Source: a virus (taxonomy: Duplodnaviria; Caudoviricetes). Taken from it: a stretch of DNA of 64,000 nucleotides. The DNA lies in the IMG/VR virus record IMGVR_UViG_3300036770_007283; one strand, written 5' to 3'. Within the stretch, counting starts at the first letter, position 1; each line of letters begins with the position of its first letter. A program made the position numbers and the translations under genes. Positions 19,103 to 28,046 of this stretch are shown one piece after another. Under the pieces are notes generated by a model that made no database searches, was not told where the DNA came from, and worked only from the letters and a program-made list of their open reading frames with translations.

Positions 19103-21958
19103 TCACATTCTTAGTCTAGGTGCAAATGCTAGCGTTGGCTTTGGCATGTTAGATTTTTCTTTTGTACCAGGTTTAACTGTAAAACCCTGTGTAGAATCAA
19201 ACTTCCAAGCCATATAGGCATACATTAAAGCCATCAACCCATCGTTAGGCGTTGAGCCTTTAATATAAGTTTTTACTTCTTGACCACCTTTATTTCTAAT
19301 GGCAACACCCATTGATGTACAATGATCTATTAACCATTCGATATATTCATAGCTTTTCCAAGGGAACCTAATCTTACCCTTTTTCATTTTTTCAAAGATC
19401 TCCTCAATCATAAGATCTTTATTATAAGTAATCATCAATTCATCTTCACGATATTTAATTGGATTTAAAAGAGCGGCACTACCTTGTGCTCCTAAAAATC
19501 TATCACCAAATCCATCATTCATCTGCAATTCTCTAACAACATCTTGTCCGAAGAAAAAGTCGGAGACCCCGCGCTTGACAGAAAATCTTTTGAATAACTC
19601 ATTAACTGTGGCTTTCTTATATCCGAAAGTTCTTTCTCTTAAAATGTGCGCATGCTCTATTTGAAGTGTTCCATCACCAATGTCAGATAAGATTACTGCA
19701 CAAGAATAAGATTGACCCTTAGATTCTTCGTCAGTTTTATCTCCCCAGTCTATTCCTAGGTAGGCAGGTCTTTCATTCGCTAATATTTTCTTTGCAAAGA
19801 ATCTTTCAGAATCTTTACAGAATGCTTCTATATGGGTTCTGGTCAATGGCATTCCACCACTAGAGAAAAATTCTCCAACAACTTCATTATTCCAAACACG
19901 GTCTGATTGATTTGGATTATTTTCTGGCATCAAAGAGTTTATATATTCACGATTAAGGTATGGAATATATAACTGATTAATGTGAAATCCTACATACTTA
20001 GACTCTTCTTCATTTCTGGAGGGTGCCCAGCAACCTCTTTCAATAGCATCAATCTTGTGCTGAATAAAACCGCAAATAGGACATTTGATATTAAAACCGC
20101 TAATCCAAATTTCTTTCCAAGCATCACTACCTGGCTGATAAAATGGAAAAGTTTTTTCACAATTTTTACAGCCAAGATGATAAAACCTTTGGTCTGACAT
20201 TTCCCAGGTAAGTTCAAACCAGCTACCTTTTTCTTTTGGTGTTCCAAAGTAGACCTGGACACCACGACCTACTGGACCATATTTTGCGGCGGTCAGAGTC
20301 TTGGTAGAGTTACCTATTGCAAGTCCCATCATATCTTGACAATTATGGACAACAGGACCGCCAGCATATTTGCTATTTTTAGTTGGAGACAATATAAAAT
20401 TATGATTTTCTTCGACCTCTATATCATATACAACTTCTTGCTTTTCTAATTTTTTTATTTTATCTACAATTAATATAGAATAATTTTTAAAATTATTATC
20501 CCAAGTATAATTGTCAAATTCATTTAAGAAAAGATTTCCAAACTTATAAGTCATTGTGGGATGAATATATTTTTTAATTAAGTTATATAGATTAAAAAAT
20601 CCTGCTTTGTTAAAATAAATATAAAAATATCCATCAGACTGTTTTTTATAATGACAATCTATACCTAGACTTTTAAATTTATTTACAAATCTAATCTGAG
20701 AGTCTTCATCAAAAGAACATGTTGATAAATATGCAGCTCCAGATGTAGGACCCCAAGATTTTATTAGAGAACCATCATCCATAAACCATATTGCAAGACC
20801 TCTCTCATCAATTTCATCGAGAACCCATTGTGGACAACTATATTTAGTTTTAGGAAAATTATTGTTAATGGCAAATAATTTTGATGCAAAGCTAACCGCT
20901 TCTTTCTTTGAAAAACCATTTTGTTTGATATATTTAATTTGAGAATTAAACATATCAGATTTCCAATTACAATATTCTTTTTGCTTTATGCCATGTACAA
21001 CCTGTAGTCTATATACATTGTCTTTATATCTACTAAGATGACCATCTCCTAAAAATGAACCTAGAGCGATTTGCTTTTGGTCATCATTAATTGCTCTAAT
21101 TTTCAAATCAGAATCTACAGAGGATATAATCAAATCATTATTGCTTAAGTTACATGCTTCTTTCCAACCACCAGTTGTTAAAAACTTATGATTTGGAGTA
21201 CATTTTATCTCTCTATTACCAATATATAGCTTCAATAGTTCCCTTGGACTTCTCTTCCAGGCGTTAGTTATTTTTTTATATTCAAAACGTTCCATTTTTT
21301 CATTATAAGATTTAACCATAGGAAGTTGATTTCCACTTTTAAATTCTTGATATAGTTTTCCAATTTTAACTTTACCGCCATCCGTCTCTATAAATTGATG
21401 GTATGGAAAACATTCGTCATAAAAGGCAACGTCCAATGTCATACCACGAACCCTGTCTGCATCTGCACCGATACTTTCAACCCATAACGTACCAGTGTTA
21501 AATTGCTTCATGGTTAAATTATCAACAGCATTTATTGTTCTTAATTTATTTTTATTGACGAAATCATCTTTTGCACTTCTAACAAGATTTTCTAATTTAT
21601 CTTGTGTAAATCTTTTTACTTGCGCTAATGCAGGAAATAAATGCGCTACACGAATTGGTGGCGTTGTAAAAAGACCACTATTAGTAAAGTAAAGGTCTAA
21701 GGCACCAGCCATCATAGTTGCACCAACCTGACGGCCTTTCTTAATAATTACAGGCTTACCCTCCTTCTTTGGAGCTTGAAGGGCAACATAACGATAGATA
21801 TCAGCCATAAATTTCCAGCCATTGCCCACAATACGAAAAGGCTCACCATCCAAGGTAAGATTATTTTGGATGAAATGAGCCGGATCGTAATCTAAGAATG
21901 TTGTTTTTAGCTGCGAAAATATTTTATTTTGTTCTTGCTTAAAATCACTTCCTGCCAT
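19103..21958 (-). CDS. terL: Terminase large subunit interrupted by an intein
   Basis: Walker A IKKGRQVGAT, Walker B DVAFYDE|CQD once the intein is removed, coupling motif YFGTP, and RNase H-like nuclease YLGIDWG...NDGLMAL. Confidence 0.92.
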   Translation of the reverse strand: MAGSDFKQEQNKIFSQLKTTFLDYDPAHFIQNNLTLDGEPFRIVGNGWKFMADIYRYVALQAPKKEGKPVIIKKGRQVGATMMAGALDLYFTNSGLFTTPPIRVAHLFPALAQVKRFTQDKLENLVRSAKDDFVNKNKLRTINAVDNLTMKQFNTGTLWVESIGADADRVRGMTLDVAFYDECFPYHQFIETDGGKVKIGKLYQEFKSGNQLPMVKSYNEKMERFEYKKITNAWKRSPRELLKLYIGNREIKCTPNHKFLTTGGWKEACNLSNNDLIISSVDSDLKIRAINDDQKQIALGSFLGDGHLSRYKDNVYRLQVVHGIKQKEYCNWKSDMFNSQIKYIKQNGFSKKEAVSFASKLFAINNNFPKTKYSCPQWVLDEIDERGLAIWFMDDGSLIKSWGPTSGAAYLSTCSFDEDSQIRFVNKFKSLGIDCHYKKQSDGYFYIYFNKAGFFNLYNLIKKYIHPTMTYKFGNLFLNEFDNYTWDNNFKNYSILIVDKIKKLEKQEVVYDIEVEENHNFILSPTKNSKYAGGPVVHNCQDMMGLAIGNSTKTLTAAKYGPVGRGVQVYFGTPKEKGSWFELTWEMSDQRFYHLGCKNCEKTFPFYQPGSDAWKEIWISGFNIKCPICGFIQHKIDAIERGCWAPSRNEEESKYVGFHINQLYIPYLNREYINSLMPENNPNQSDRVWNNEVVGEFFSSGGMPLTRTHIEAFCKDSERFFAKKILANERPAYLGIDWGDKTDEESKGQSYSCAVILSDIGDGTLQIEHAHILRERTFGYKKATVNELFKRFSVKRGVSDFFFGQDVVRELQMNDGFGDRFLGAQGSAALLNPIKYREDELMITYNKDLMIEEIFEKMKKGKIRFPWKSYEYIEWLIDHCTSMGVAIRNKGGQEVKTYIKGSTPNDGLMALMYAYMAWKFDSTQGFTVKPGTKEKSNMPKPTLAFAPRLRM
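20342..21412 (-). mobile_element. Contiguous intein (357 aa) with LAGLIDADG homing endonuclease in TerL
   Basis: Begins CFPYHQ, block B CTPNHKF, LAGLIDADG motifs IALGSFLGDGHL and LAIWFMDDGSL, block F VYDIEVEENHNF, ends VVHN, +1 Cys. Confidence 0.93.
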
Positions 21959-21970
21959 AATCTTTCCTAA

Positions 21971-22681
21971 TTAGGAAAGGCTTGTTCTTCCATGCGAATA
22001 ATAATCTGCAACCTGATCTTCTGGGTTGGGATTATAGGTATCTACCATTGGAATATAAGATTCTTTCCTGGGTTCATCAGATTTCTTATACTTATTAATT
22101 TCATAATTTATGAATTCTTTTAATATTCCTTCGTCAATATTTACTGATTCAAATCCTAAGGCATTATTAGACTTACAGGCTCGAATAATAATTATCTCAT
22201 TAACATCTAATTTTCTGCTTACATAATCTTTTATCATTTCCTTGATATAGTCCATGATAACCTGCATCTTCTCTTCACGTCTTTTGAAGGCTTCATCATT
22301 ATGATCATGATCATGGCTAGCGGTCTTTTTGTTGCAACCACAATCTGTCTTGGTAACTTTGCACTTACAATCTTCCTTGCACTTGCAGGGCTTTTTACAA
22401 CCACAAGATTCTTCATTAGCAGTTTTTTCTTCTTGGGCAGTATTACTTTTCTTTTCTAATTCATTAATAATTTTTTTGGCAACATCAAAGCCAACACGGT
22501 CTCGAATATCTGCAAGCTTTTCTTCGATAGTGTTAAATTTTTTCTTTTTATAAGTCTTATCAAGATATTCTTTAAGATAATCAATCTGATTGGCCTTCTT
22601 ATCTAAATCGTGTGCAAATTCATAAAGCCAAAACGGACTGCTTGAATTAATACCTGTATTATCTACCCTGTTGACTTTCAT
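21971..22681 (-). CDS. Hypothetical head-cluster protein with a metallothionein-like Cys cluster
   Basis: Central CGCKKPCKCKEDCKCKVTKTDCGC followed by HDHDH. Confidence 0.65.
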   Translation of the reverse strand: MKVNRVDNTGINSSSPFWLYEFAHDLDKKANQIDYLKEYLDKTYKKKKFNTIEEKLADIRDRVGFDVAKKIINELEKKSNTAQEEKTANEESCGCKKPCKCKEDCKCKVTKTDCGCNKKTASHDHDHNDEAFKRREEKMQVIMDYIKEMIKDYVSRKLDVNEIIIIRACKSNNALGFESVNIDEGILKEFINYEINKYKKSDEPRKESYIPMVDTYNPNPEDQVADYYSHGRTSLS

Positions 22682-22690
22682 ATTTTTATC

Positions 22691-23851
22691 CTATGCCAAA
22701 TAGTTTTTAATAAACTCAACGCCTTGCGATTTACCATCTTCTTTCTTTTTGGTGGTGGAAATAGTTCCACGGTCAATAAAGATTGGGTGACCCATGTCTT
22801 TTAGAATTTGAAAAATTGCAAGTTCTTCCCTGCTATCAAGCTTATATTCTTTCTTTAAAAATTCATAAACCTCTTCAAATGGCTTGCCAGAAGAAACAAC
22901 TGAATTAACTAAAATACCACTAATGGCTCTTTCAAAAGGTGTCATTACCAATTGGATAATTGGTGTGCTGGCCTGCTTCTCTATTTCTGCTTCTTTTACC
23001 AAAGACAATGTTTCTTCTGCTTTTTTGCTTTTTTCATTTAACTTCTTAATATGCTTCTTTAGTTTAGTAATGCCTTGTAGAATCTCTACGCGAACTTCTT
23101 CTAACTTTGCGATATCTAGACAATTATCTTCATCACGCCTTAGTGCTTCCGAAATCTCTTTGTTTAGCTTTGTAAGGAATTGAATAGCTCTCTCACAACC
23201 AAGTGTAGAGGAACCATCGTGCTTAGGAATTTCTGCTGGATATATCTTAAGTATATAGGCCATAAATTGCTTGGGGTCTCTGTCTTTTTGCCAATCAGTA
23301 ACCACTGCTTCTTCTTCTGGCTCTTCATGTAGATCAGATTCTATAACCCCATCTACGCCAGGTAGCATTAATTCAATTGTATCTTCACCACCTCCCAAAC
23401 CAAGAACAGACTCATCGTGAATCATAATTTCTGGGTCTTGAAGATCCACAACCTCTAATCCACCTACAAGTTCTTGACCCATGTCTGGATGATGATGATG
23501 TTCCATCTCATGGGAATGATCCTGCTCATGTTCATGCTCATGAAATTGAATTGGCATTTCTGAATGCATCATAGGCTGACCAAGCATAGGGGGTGGTAAG
23601 GCTGCATCCAAGGACTGGAGTAGATCCATCTTGTGTGCTTCTGGTTCACCATCTTCTTCATGGATATGATATAGTTCACCAATTTGACTTGGGTCACCAG
23701 AAAGGTAGACGAAGGTTTCGGAATCTCCATCTTCATCCTCGCTAAAATCAAAACCATCAAGCACTTCTTCAACAATGTTAGAATGCATATCTTGTGCTTT
23801 CTTAATATTGCGAGCGTCCTCTATATATTCTGTTACAATAAACTTTGACAT
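22691..23851 (-). CDS. Hypothetical head-cluster protein with acidic/His-rich N-terminal half
   Basis: 386 aa; HEHEHEQDHSHEMEHHHH tract and a helical C-terminal domain. Confidence 0.65.
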   Translation of the reverse strand: MSKFIVTEYIEDARNIKKAQDMHSNIVEEVLDGFDFSEDEDGDSETFVYLSGDPSQIGELYHIHEEDGEPEAHKMDLLQSLDAALPPPMLGQPMMHSEMPIQFHEHEHEQDHSHEMEHHHHPDMGQELVGGLEVVDLQDPEIMIHDESVLGLGGGEDTIELMLPGVDGVIESDLHEEPEEEAVVTDWQKDRDPKQFMAYILKIYPAEIPKHDGSSTLGCERAIQFLTKLNKEISEALRRDEDNCLDIAKLEEVRVEILQGITKLKKHIKKLNEKSKKAEETLSLVKEAEIEKQASTPIIQLVMTPFERAISGILVNSVVSSGKPFEEVYEFLKKEYKLDSREELAIFQILKDMGHPIFIDRGTISTTKKKEDGKSQGVEFIKNYLA

Positions 23852-23860
23852 TAAGCTCTC

Positions 23861-24931
23861 CTATCCATAAAAACTCATTAAACCTTTATTAGATTCAGAT
23901 ATTGCATTATTATCTACACTCTCTGATGTATTAAATTGTCCCTGTAGCGGTCTAGCAGAATCACCAGTATATATTCTTGGATATAGTGGACTCGAGGGAA
24001 CTGGCATATTAATAGACGTTTTTTCCTCAACCACTTCTTCCAGATCTGTATCTAGCGAATCCTCCTCGGTATCCTTCTTTATTTCAGAAAGTTTAAACAT
24101 CCTCTCTTTTCTACTACTTATATTAGCAAGTGTTTTAATTTTTTGTTTTGAATCATCTAAAAAATAATCTAAGGTTGGATTTTCTAAGTAATCTGCTAAG
24201 TATTTTTTTCTGATTAAAGCATCCTTAAACCTTCCTGATAACGGGACTTTTTTAAATAAATTTAATTCTTTTAATAATGAGATTGTTAATTCTTCATTAA
24301 TATAAAGAGACTTTGAAATTTTACTAGAAATATATCTATCCTTAATGTTTTTAAAATCAAAAATTTCAGGACTATCTAAAACAAACTCTTTAATCTTTGG
24401 ATCTATTGTAAAATTATAACGAACAGCTAAATTGATAGCCCGATAAATTCTTCTTGGATCATCAGTTAGAGTAATTTCTGGAGGAACTGGTGTTTTAATT
24501 ATTTTATTTTTAATATCCTCAAAACCCATCTCGGTTGGATCAGAAATTTCTGCTGTAACTAAATCTTGATGCAAAGTATTTATTGTAAAATCTCTGCTGA
24601 ATGCTTCTTCCAGACCAGCAAACTTTCCATTTAAATATTCCTTTACACCTTCAGAAACAAAGTGGCTAGAAAAATCAAGATCCATTTCTGGCGAATAAAC
24701 TGTAACATGATAGTCGTCTGCTACTTCAAATGTGGAATCAATCTTTTCAGCAACCAAGACACCAAGTCTAAGAGAATCTGGGGAGTTTGTAGTGATATCT
24801 ATATCTGTGGTTTTTACATTTGGAATCTTTAAATAGATATCCCTAGGAATTCCACCGACAATATACGGCTTCTTAATCAAGTAAGTATCCGCAGTTTCTT
24901 GTGTTAATCTTAGGATTTCTCTAAGAGACAT
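23861..24931 (-). CDS. Class II nucleotidyltransferase (CCA-adding enzyme/poly(A) polymerase family)
   Basis: Motif A IVGGIPRD...DIDIT, motif B SRDFTINTL, motif D DDPRRIYRA; C-terminal low-complexity extension. Confidence 0.85.
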   Translation of the reverse strand: MSLREILRLTQETADTYLIKKPYIVGGIPRDIYLKIPNVKTTDIDITTNSPDSLRLGVLVAEKIDSTFEVADDYHVTVYSPEMDLDFSSHFVSEGVKEYLNGKFAGLEEAFSRDFTINTLHQDLVTAEISDPTEMGFEDIKNKIIKTPVPPEITLTDDPRRIYRAINLAVRYNFTIDPKIKEFVLDSPEIFDFKNIKDRYISSKISKSLYINEELTISLLKELNLFKKVPLSGRFKDALIRKKYLADYLENPTLDYFLDDSKQKIKTLANISSRKERMFKLSEIKKDTEEDSLDTDLEEVVEEKTSINMPVPSSPLYPRIYTGDSARPLQGQFNTSESVDNNAISESNKGLMSFYG

Positions 24932-24936
24932 AATTC

Positions 24937-26547
24937 CTACTTAGTTGGTGGTGCGGCTGGTGCGCCACTTGTTAGTCCGGAATCTTGAATCCCTTGCTGG
25001 ATTGAGGTCTGTGCTTCTGCATCAGACTTCTCAGCGGGCCCAGCAGCTTCACCTGACTCTTCCATTGGCTCTGCTTCCAGAACCTTATTAACTTCCTTAT
25101 TGGTCTTGTTAATAAGATCATTCTTTTTGGCGTCAGAAATTTCTACCAGACTCTTGCCGCTTGATAACATGCCTAACATCTTGGTAACGCGTGTAAGTGC
25201 GTAAGAATAAGCATCAATAAGCTTACTCTGTGCTTCTGCTAACTCAGGGAACATTGGGGCAATACCAATCTTGTCAAGGATAATATCGAATTCGGCCAAC
25301 TGTCTAATGGTACGACGGTCTGACAATCTTCCTGCAATTTCCTCTAGCTTCTCTACTGCATCACCTAATCCTACGTCACCAGCCAAAGACTCATACTCTT
25401 CTTCTTTTGCTTCCGTAATTGGCTCTAGTGCTTTTTCCAGAGAAGACTTTGGTTCTGCAGACTCTGTAACGGGGGCTGCTTCGCCAGCAGGTGGTGTTGT
25501 GGCTGGAGCCTGTTTAGTTACTTCTGGCGGTGGAGTTGTTGCCACGGGTGCTGCCGGTGCCGTTGGTGCCGTTGGTGGCTCACCAGTTAACTCCTGTGCG
25601 TATTTAACCAGCTCATTGTAACCATTATTAAATCCAAGTTTTTTAAACTTATTAGCATACTTATAAGCAACATCTGAAGCTGTAATGTTGGTTTGCAAAC
25701 CACGCATTTCTTTGTCAAAATTAAAAAGATGTTCGGCTAACTTTTGAGCATCAGAAGCCTTAATGTTAGGATTGTGTGCCCTAATCAATCTATCCAACCT
25801 TCTTATGGCAGTATCTACTTTATTTTTCCAATCATAAAATTGTTCAAAGCTCTCTTGCTTATTAGAAGATTCTGTTTGGCTGGCGGAAGCCTGCTGTTGT
25901 TGCTGTTGCTGTTGTTTTGATTCCTGGTAGTTGTTGTATTCTTGCTTTAGATTTTGAATATCATTATAAACACTATCTGGGATGGCTGCATTTTCTAAAC
26001 CATAATTACCTGGCGAAACAACTGGGAATTGCCAAGCAGACTTGACTAGGCCAGGCTGCTTGCTATTGTATTTAAGATGCTCACCATTTTGATAGTATTT
26101 AATCCATTGCTTAAAAGAAATATCTTCTGCACTGGCCTTATCAAGTGTATTAGAATAATAATCAATTGCAGAACTAACAGTCATATCTTTACTTCTAACA
26201 GCATCATATATTTTAGAAACCATATCTGCCCATTTGTTTAAATCAAACTCACCATATTCTTCGACCATGCCATCAGAGTTTGAGTAGGCAATCTTATTTA
26301 GTCTAGAAAAATTTGTAAAAAATAAATAAAAATTATAGTTGGGGACGTCTATTTTTTGGAACAGACTTGCATCTTCAAAAGTTCTTTTTACAATATCACC
26401 ATCATAATCTTGGCCAAAAGTAATTTGGGCAATCTTATGCAACTCTATTAGATTTTTATATCCATCTGCATTTTTTACTAGAACATCAGGATATAAAATC
26501 ATAACTTCTTTAATATTATCTCTATAATTCATTATTATCCCCTGCAA
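24937..26547 (-). CDS. Hypothetical virion-type protein with poly-Q and Pro/Ala linkers
   Basis: Multiple K-x-A motifs, a QQQQQQQQ tract and a PTAPTAPAAP linker. Start is probably the ATG at 26532. Confidence 0.65.
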   Translation of the reverse strand: MQGIIMNYRDNIKEVMILYPDVLVKNADGYKNLIELHKIAQITFGQDYDGDIVKRTFEDASLFQKIDVPNYNFYLFFTNFSRLNKIAYSNSDGMVEEYGEFDLNKWADMVSKIYDAVRSKDMTVSSAIDYYSNTLDKASAEDISFKQWIKYYQNGEHLKYNSKQPGLVKSAWQFPVVSPGNYGLENAAIPDSVYNDIQNLKQEYNNYQESKQQQQQQQQASASQTESSNKQESFEQFYDWKNKVDTAIRRLDRLIRAHNPNIKASDAQKLAEHLFNFDKEMRGLQTNITASDVAYKYANKFKKLGFNNGYNELVKYAQELTGEPPTAPTAPAAPVATTPPPEVTKQAPATTPPAGEAAPVTESAEPKSSLEKALEPITEAKEEEYESLAGDVGLGDAVEKLEEIAGRLSDRRTIRQLAEFDIILDKIGIAPMFPELAEAQSKLIDAYSYALTRVTKMLGMLSSGKSLVEISDAKKNDLINKTNKEVNKVLEAEPMEESGEAAGPAEKSDAEAQTSIQQGIQDSGLTSGAPAAPPTK

Positions 26548-26784
26548 TTATAATTTGTCTGTAATATTTCCAATTGCTATATACCAGGTGCTTTTATTTA
26601 ATTTGGTTTCTTCTAAAACCTTTGAATCAGATACAACATTATATATATGTTTTAATACAATTTTTAATTGTTCATTATTTGGTTCCTTAACATTAAAATA
26701 CTCTTTAAAGCTTTCGGCAAACCAATTTTTAAAAGATTCCAGCGTTCTTAAATTTTCTAGTTTAATTTCTAATTTATTCGACAT
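26548..26784 (-). CDS. Small hypothetical protein
   Basis: 78-aa ORF tiling the minus-strand array. Confidence 0.5.
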   Translation of the reverse strand: MSNKLEIKLENLRTLESFKNWFAESFKEYFNVKEPNNEQLKIVLKHIYNVVSDSKVLEETKLNKSTWYIAIGNITDKL

Positions 26785-27496
26785 CGATTATATCCAATTG
26801 TGGAAATGATTGAGTTTGTTGATACTGCTGATATTGACTAGAACCGTATTGCATATTATTTAACCTTGAGTTTATTTTTTCTATAAAAATAGGAATGAAT
26901 TTTGGATCTAATTCTTGCAATATTTCAAAAACAATATTTTTTAAAACATTGACTTGTTCATTAACAACATTAATATTAATATTATGTTCCACTCTTTTAT
27001 CTGCAACACCATCAACATATTTTTTCCAATCTTGAACTAAACCACGTTGTGTATTTAGTAACTCAACAAACATCTTATCTTCCCTAATAGAACCACCGGA
27101 TTGTAGCATATTAAAATAATACTCTAATCTGGATCCAACCAAAGTCATCATTTCTAAGATCTTTCTATTTCCATCCAACTCATTTGAAACAATCTCGTTT
27201 ATCTTTTGCTGATAAGCAGAAGAAGAAGCTAGAATTACTTTAGCTTCTAATTCTTTCGAGGTCAAGTCTTGTTCTTTTCTAACAGCCTTAATATTTTCTA
27301 AAATCTCTCCATCAAGATGTAAATGATCTTTTCTAAATTTCTGTAATGTTGCGTAAGAAATCCAGAGGCTTTTCTTCTTGGGATGTTTTTTCTTCAACCA
27401 AGCCTCTACAATCTTTACCGACTCACCATTTAGAAGTCTTTTAATAATTTCTTCTTTTTCTGGATGTTTAAAGACTTTATTTTGCTGATCATTCAT
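26774..27496 (-). CDS. Candidate terminase small subunit (N-terminal HTH, helical oligomerisation region)
   Basis: KVFKHPEKEEIIKRLLNGESVKIVEAWL...ISYATLQKF resembles the N-termini of Mu gp27/DUF3486-type TerS. Followed by helices and a beta-strand VEHNININVV. Lies about 5 kb upstream of TerL. Confidence 0.4.
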   Translation of the reverse strand: MNDQQNKVFKHPEKEEIIKRLLNGESVKIVEAWLKKKHPKKKSLWISYATLQKFRKDHLHLDGEILENIKAVRKEQDLTSKELEAKVILASSSAYQQKINEIVSNELDGNRKILEMMTLVGSRLEYYFNMLQSGGSIREDKMFVELLNTQRGLVQDWKKYVDGVADKRVEHNININVVNEQVNVLKNIVFEILQELDPKFIPIFIEKINSRLNNMQYGSSQYQQYQQTQSFPQLDIIDVE

Positions 27497-27510
27497 AACT
27501 ACCTCTAAAG

Positions 27511-27540
27511 AAAATAGCCCGCTAAAATAGCAGGCTAAAT
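27511..27540 (-). terminator. Rho-independent terminator
   Basis: Minus-strand TAGCCTGCTA-TTT-TAGCGGGCTA hairpin followed by TTTTCTT. Confidence 0.75.
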
Positions 27541-27570
27541 TTTCAATTTATTATACCAATTTTTTTAAGA

Positions 27571-28038
27571 TTAGAGATACATTATATCTGTTTGTAGCTC
27601 TACACTTCCGCCTGGAAACTTTTTACCATCTTCTGTGGTAAATCCCTCATTCCAATCATAAGTCTTGTTGGTGATAGGATCTTGATATACGCCATCAGAA
27701 ATTCTGCGAGCCTGAACGCCAATTCTGTCTGGTGAATATCTAGTTGATAAGGAACGGCTTACATATTCTACGTCTATTATAGACTTCTCGTGAACTGGAC
27801 CAATATCATATAACTTTTTGGTTCGCTGGCCACCCCTTTCTGACAAGAAATGGTCGCGTGTTTCATAAGTCATTGGTTTGCCGAAAGGAGTCTGTAAGAT
27901 ACCATAGTCTTGTGAATGTTTTACTATTGAATCTTCGAGTATACTTTCTAATGCAGAAACTCTAAGTTCTCTAGCTAATTTTTTATCTTCGGTTTGTTTT
28001 GCTACTTTTATTATTCTTAGAACCTTGGTGTCGTTCAT
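27571..28038 (-). CDS. Hypothetical virion-type protein
   Basis: 155 aa with an AGGA RBS; contains IIKVA|K. Confidence 0.6.
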   Translation of the reverse strand: MNDTKVLRIIKVAKQTEDKKLARELRVSALESILEDSIVKHSQDYGILQTPFGKPMTYETRDHFLSERGGQRTKKLYDIGPVHEKSIIDVEYVSRSLSTRYSPDRIGVQARRISDGVYQDPITNKTYDWNEGFTTEDGKKFPGGSVELQTDIMYL

Positions 28039-28046
28039 TTTATTTC

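Noticed and set aside
25890-25922. CAA/CAG run encoding poly-Gln
   Set aside because: Short, mixed-codon low-complexity linker; no evidence of a phase-variable or functional repeat.
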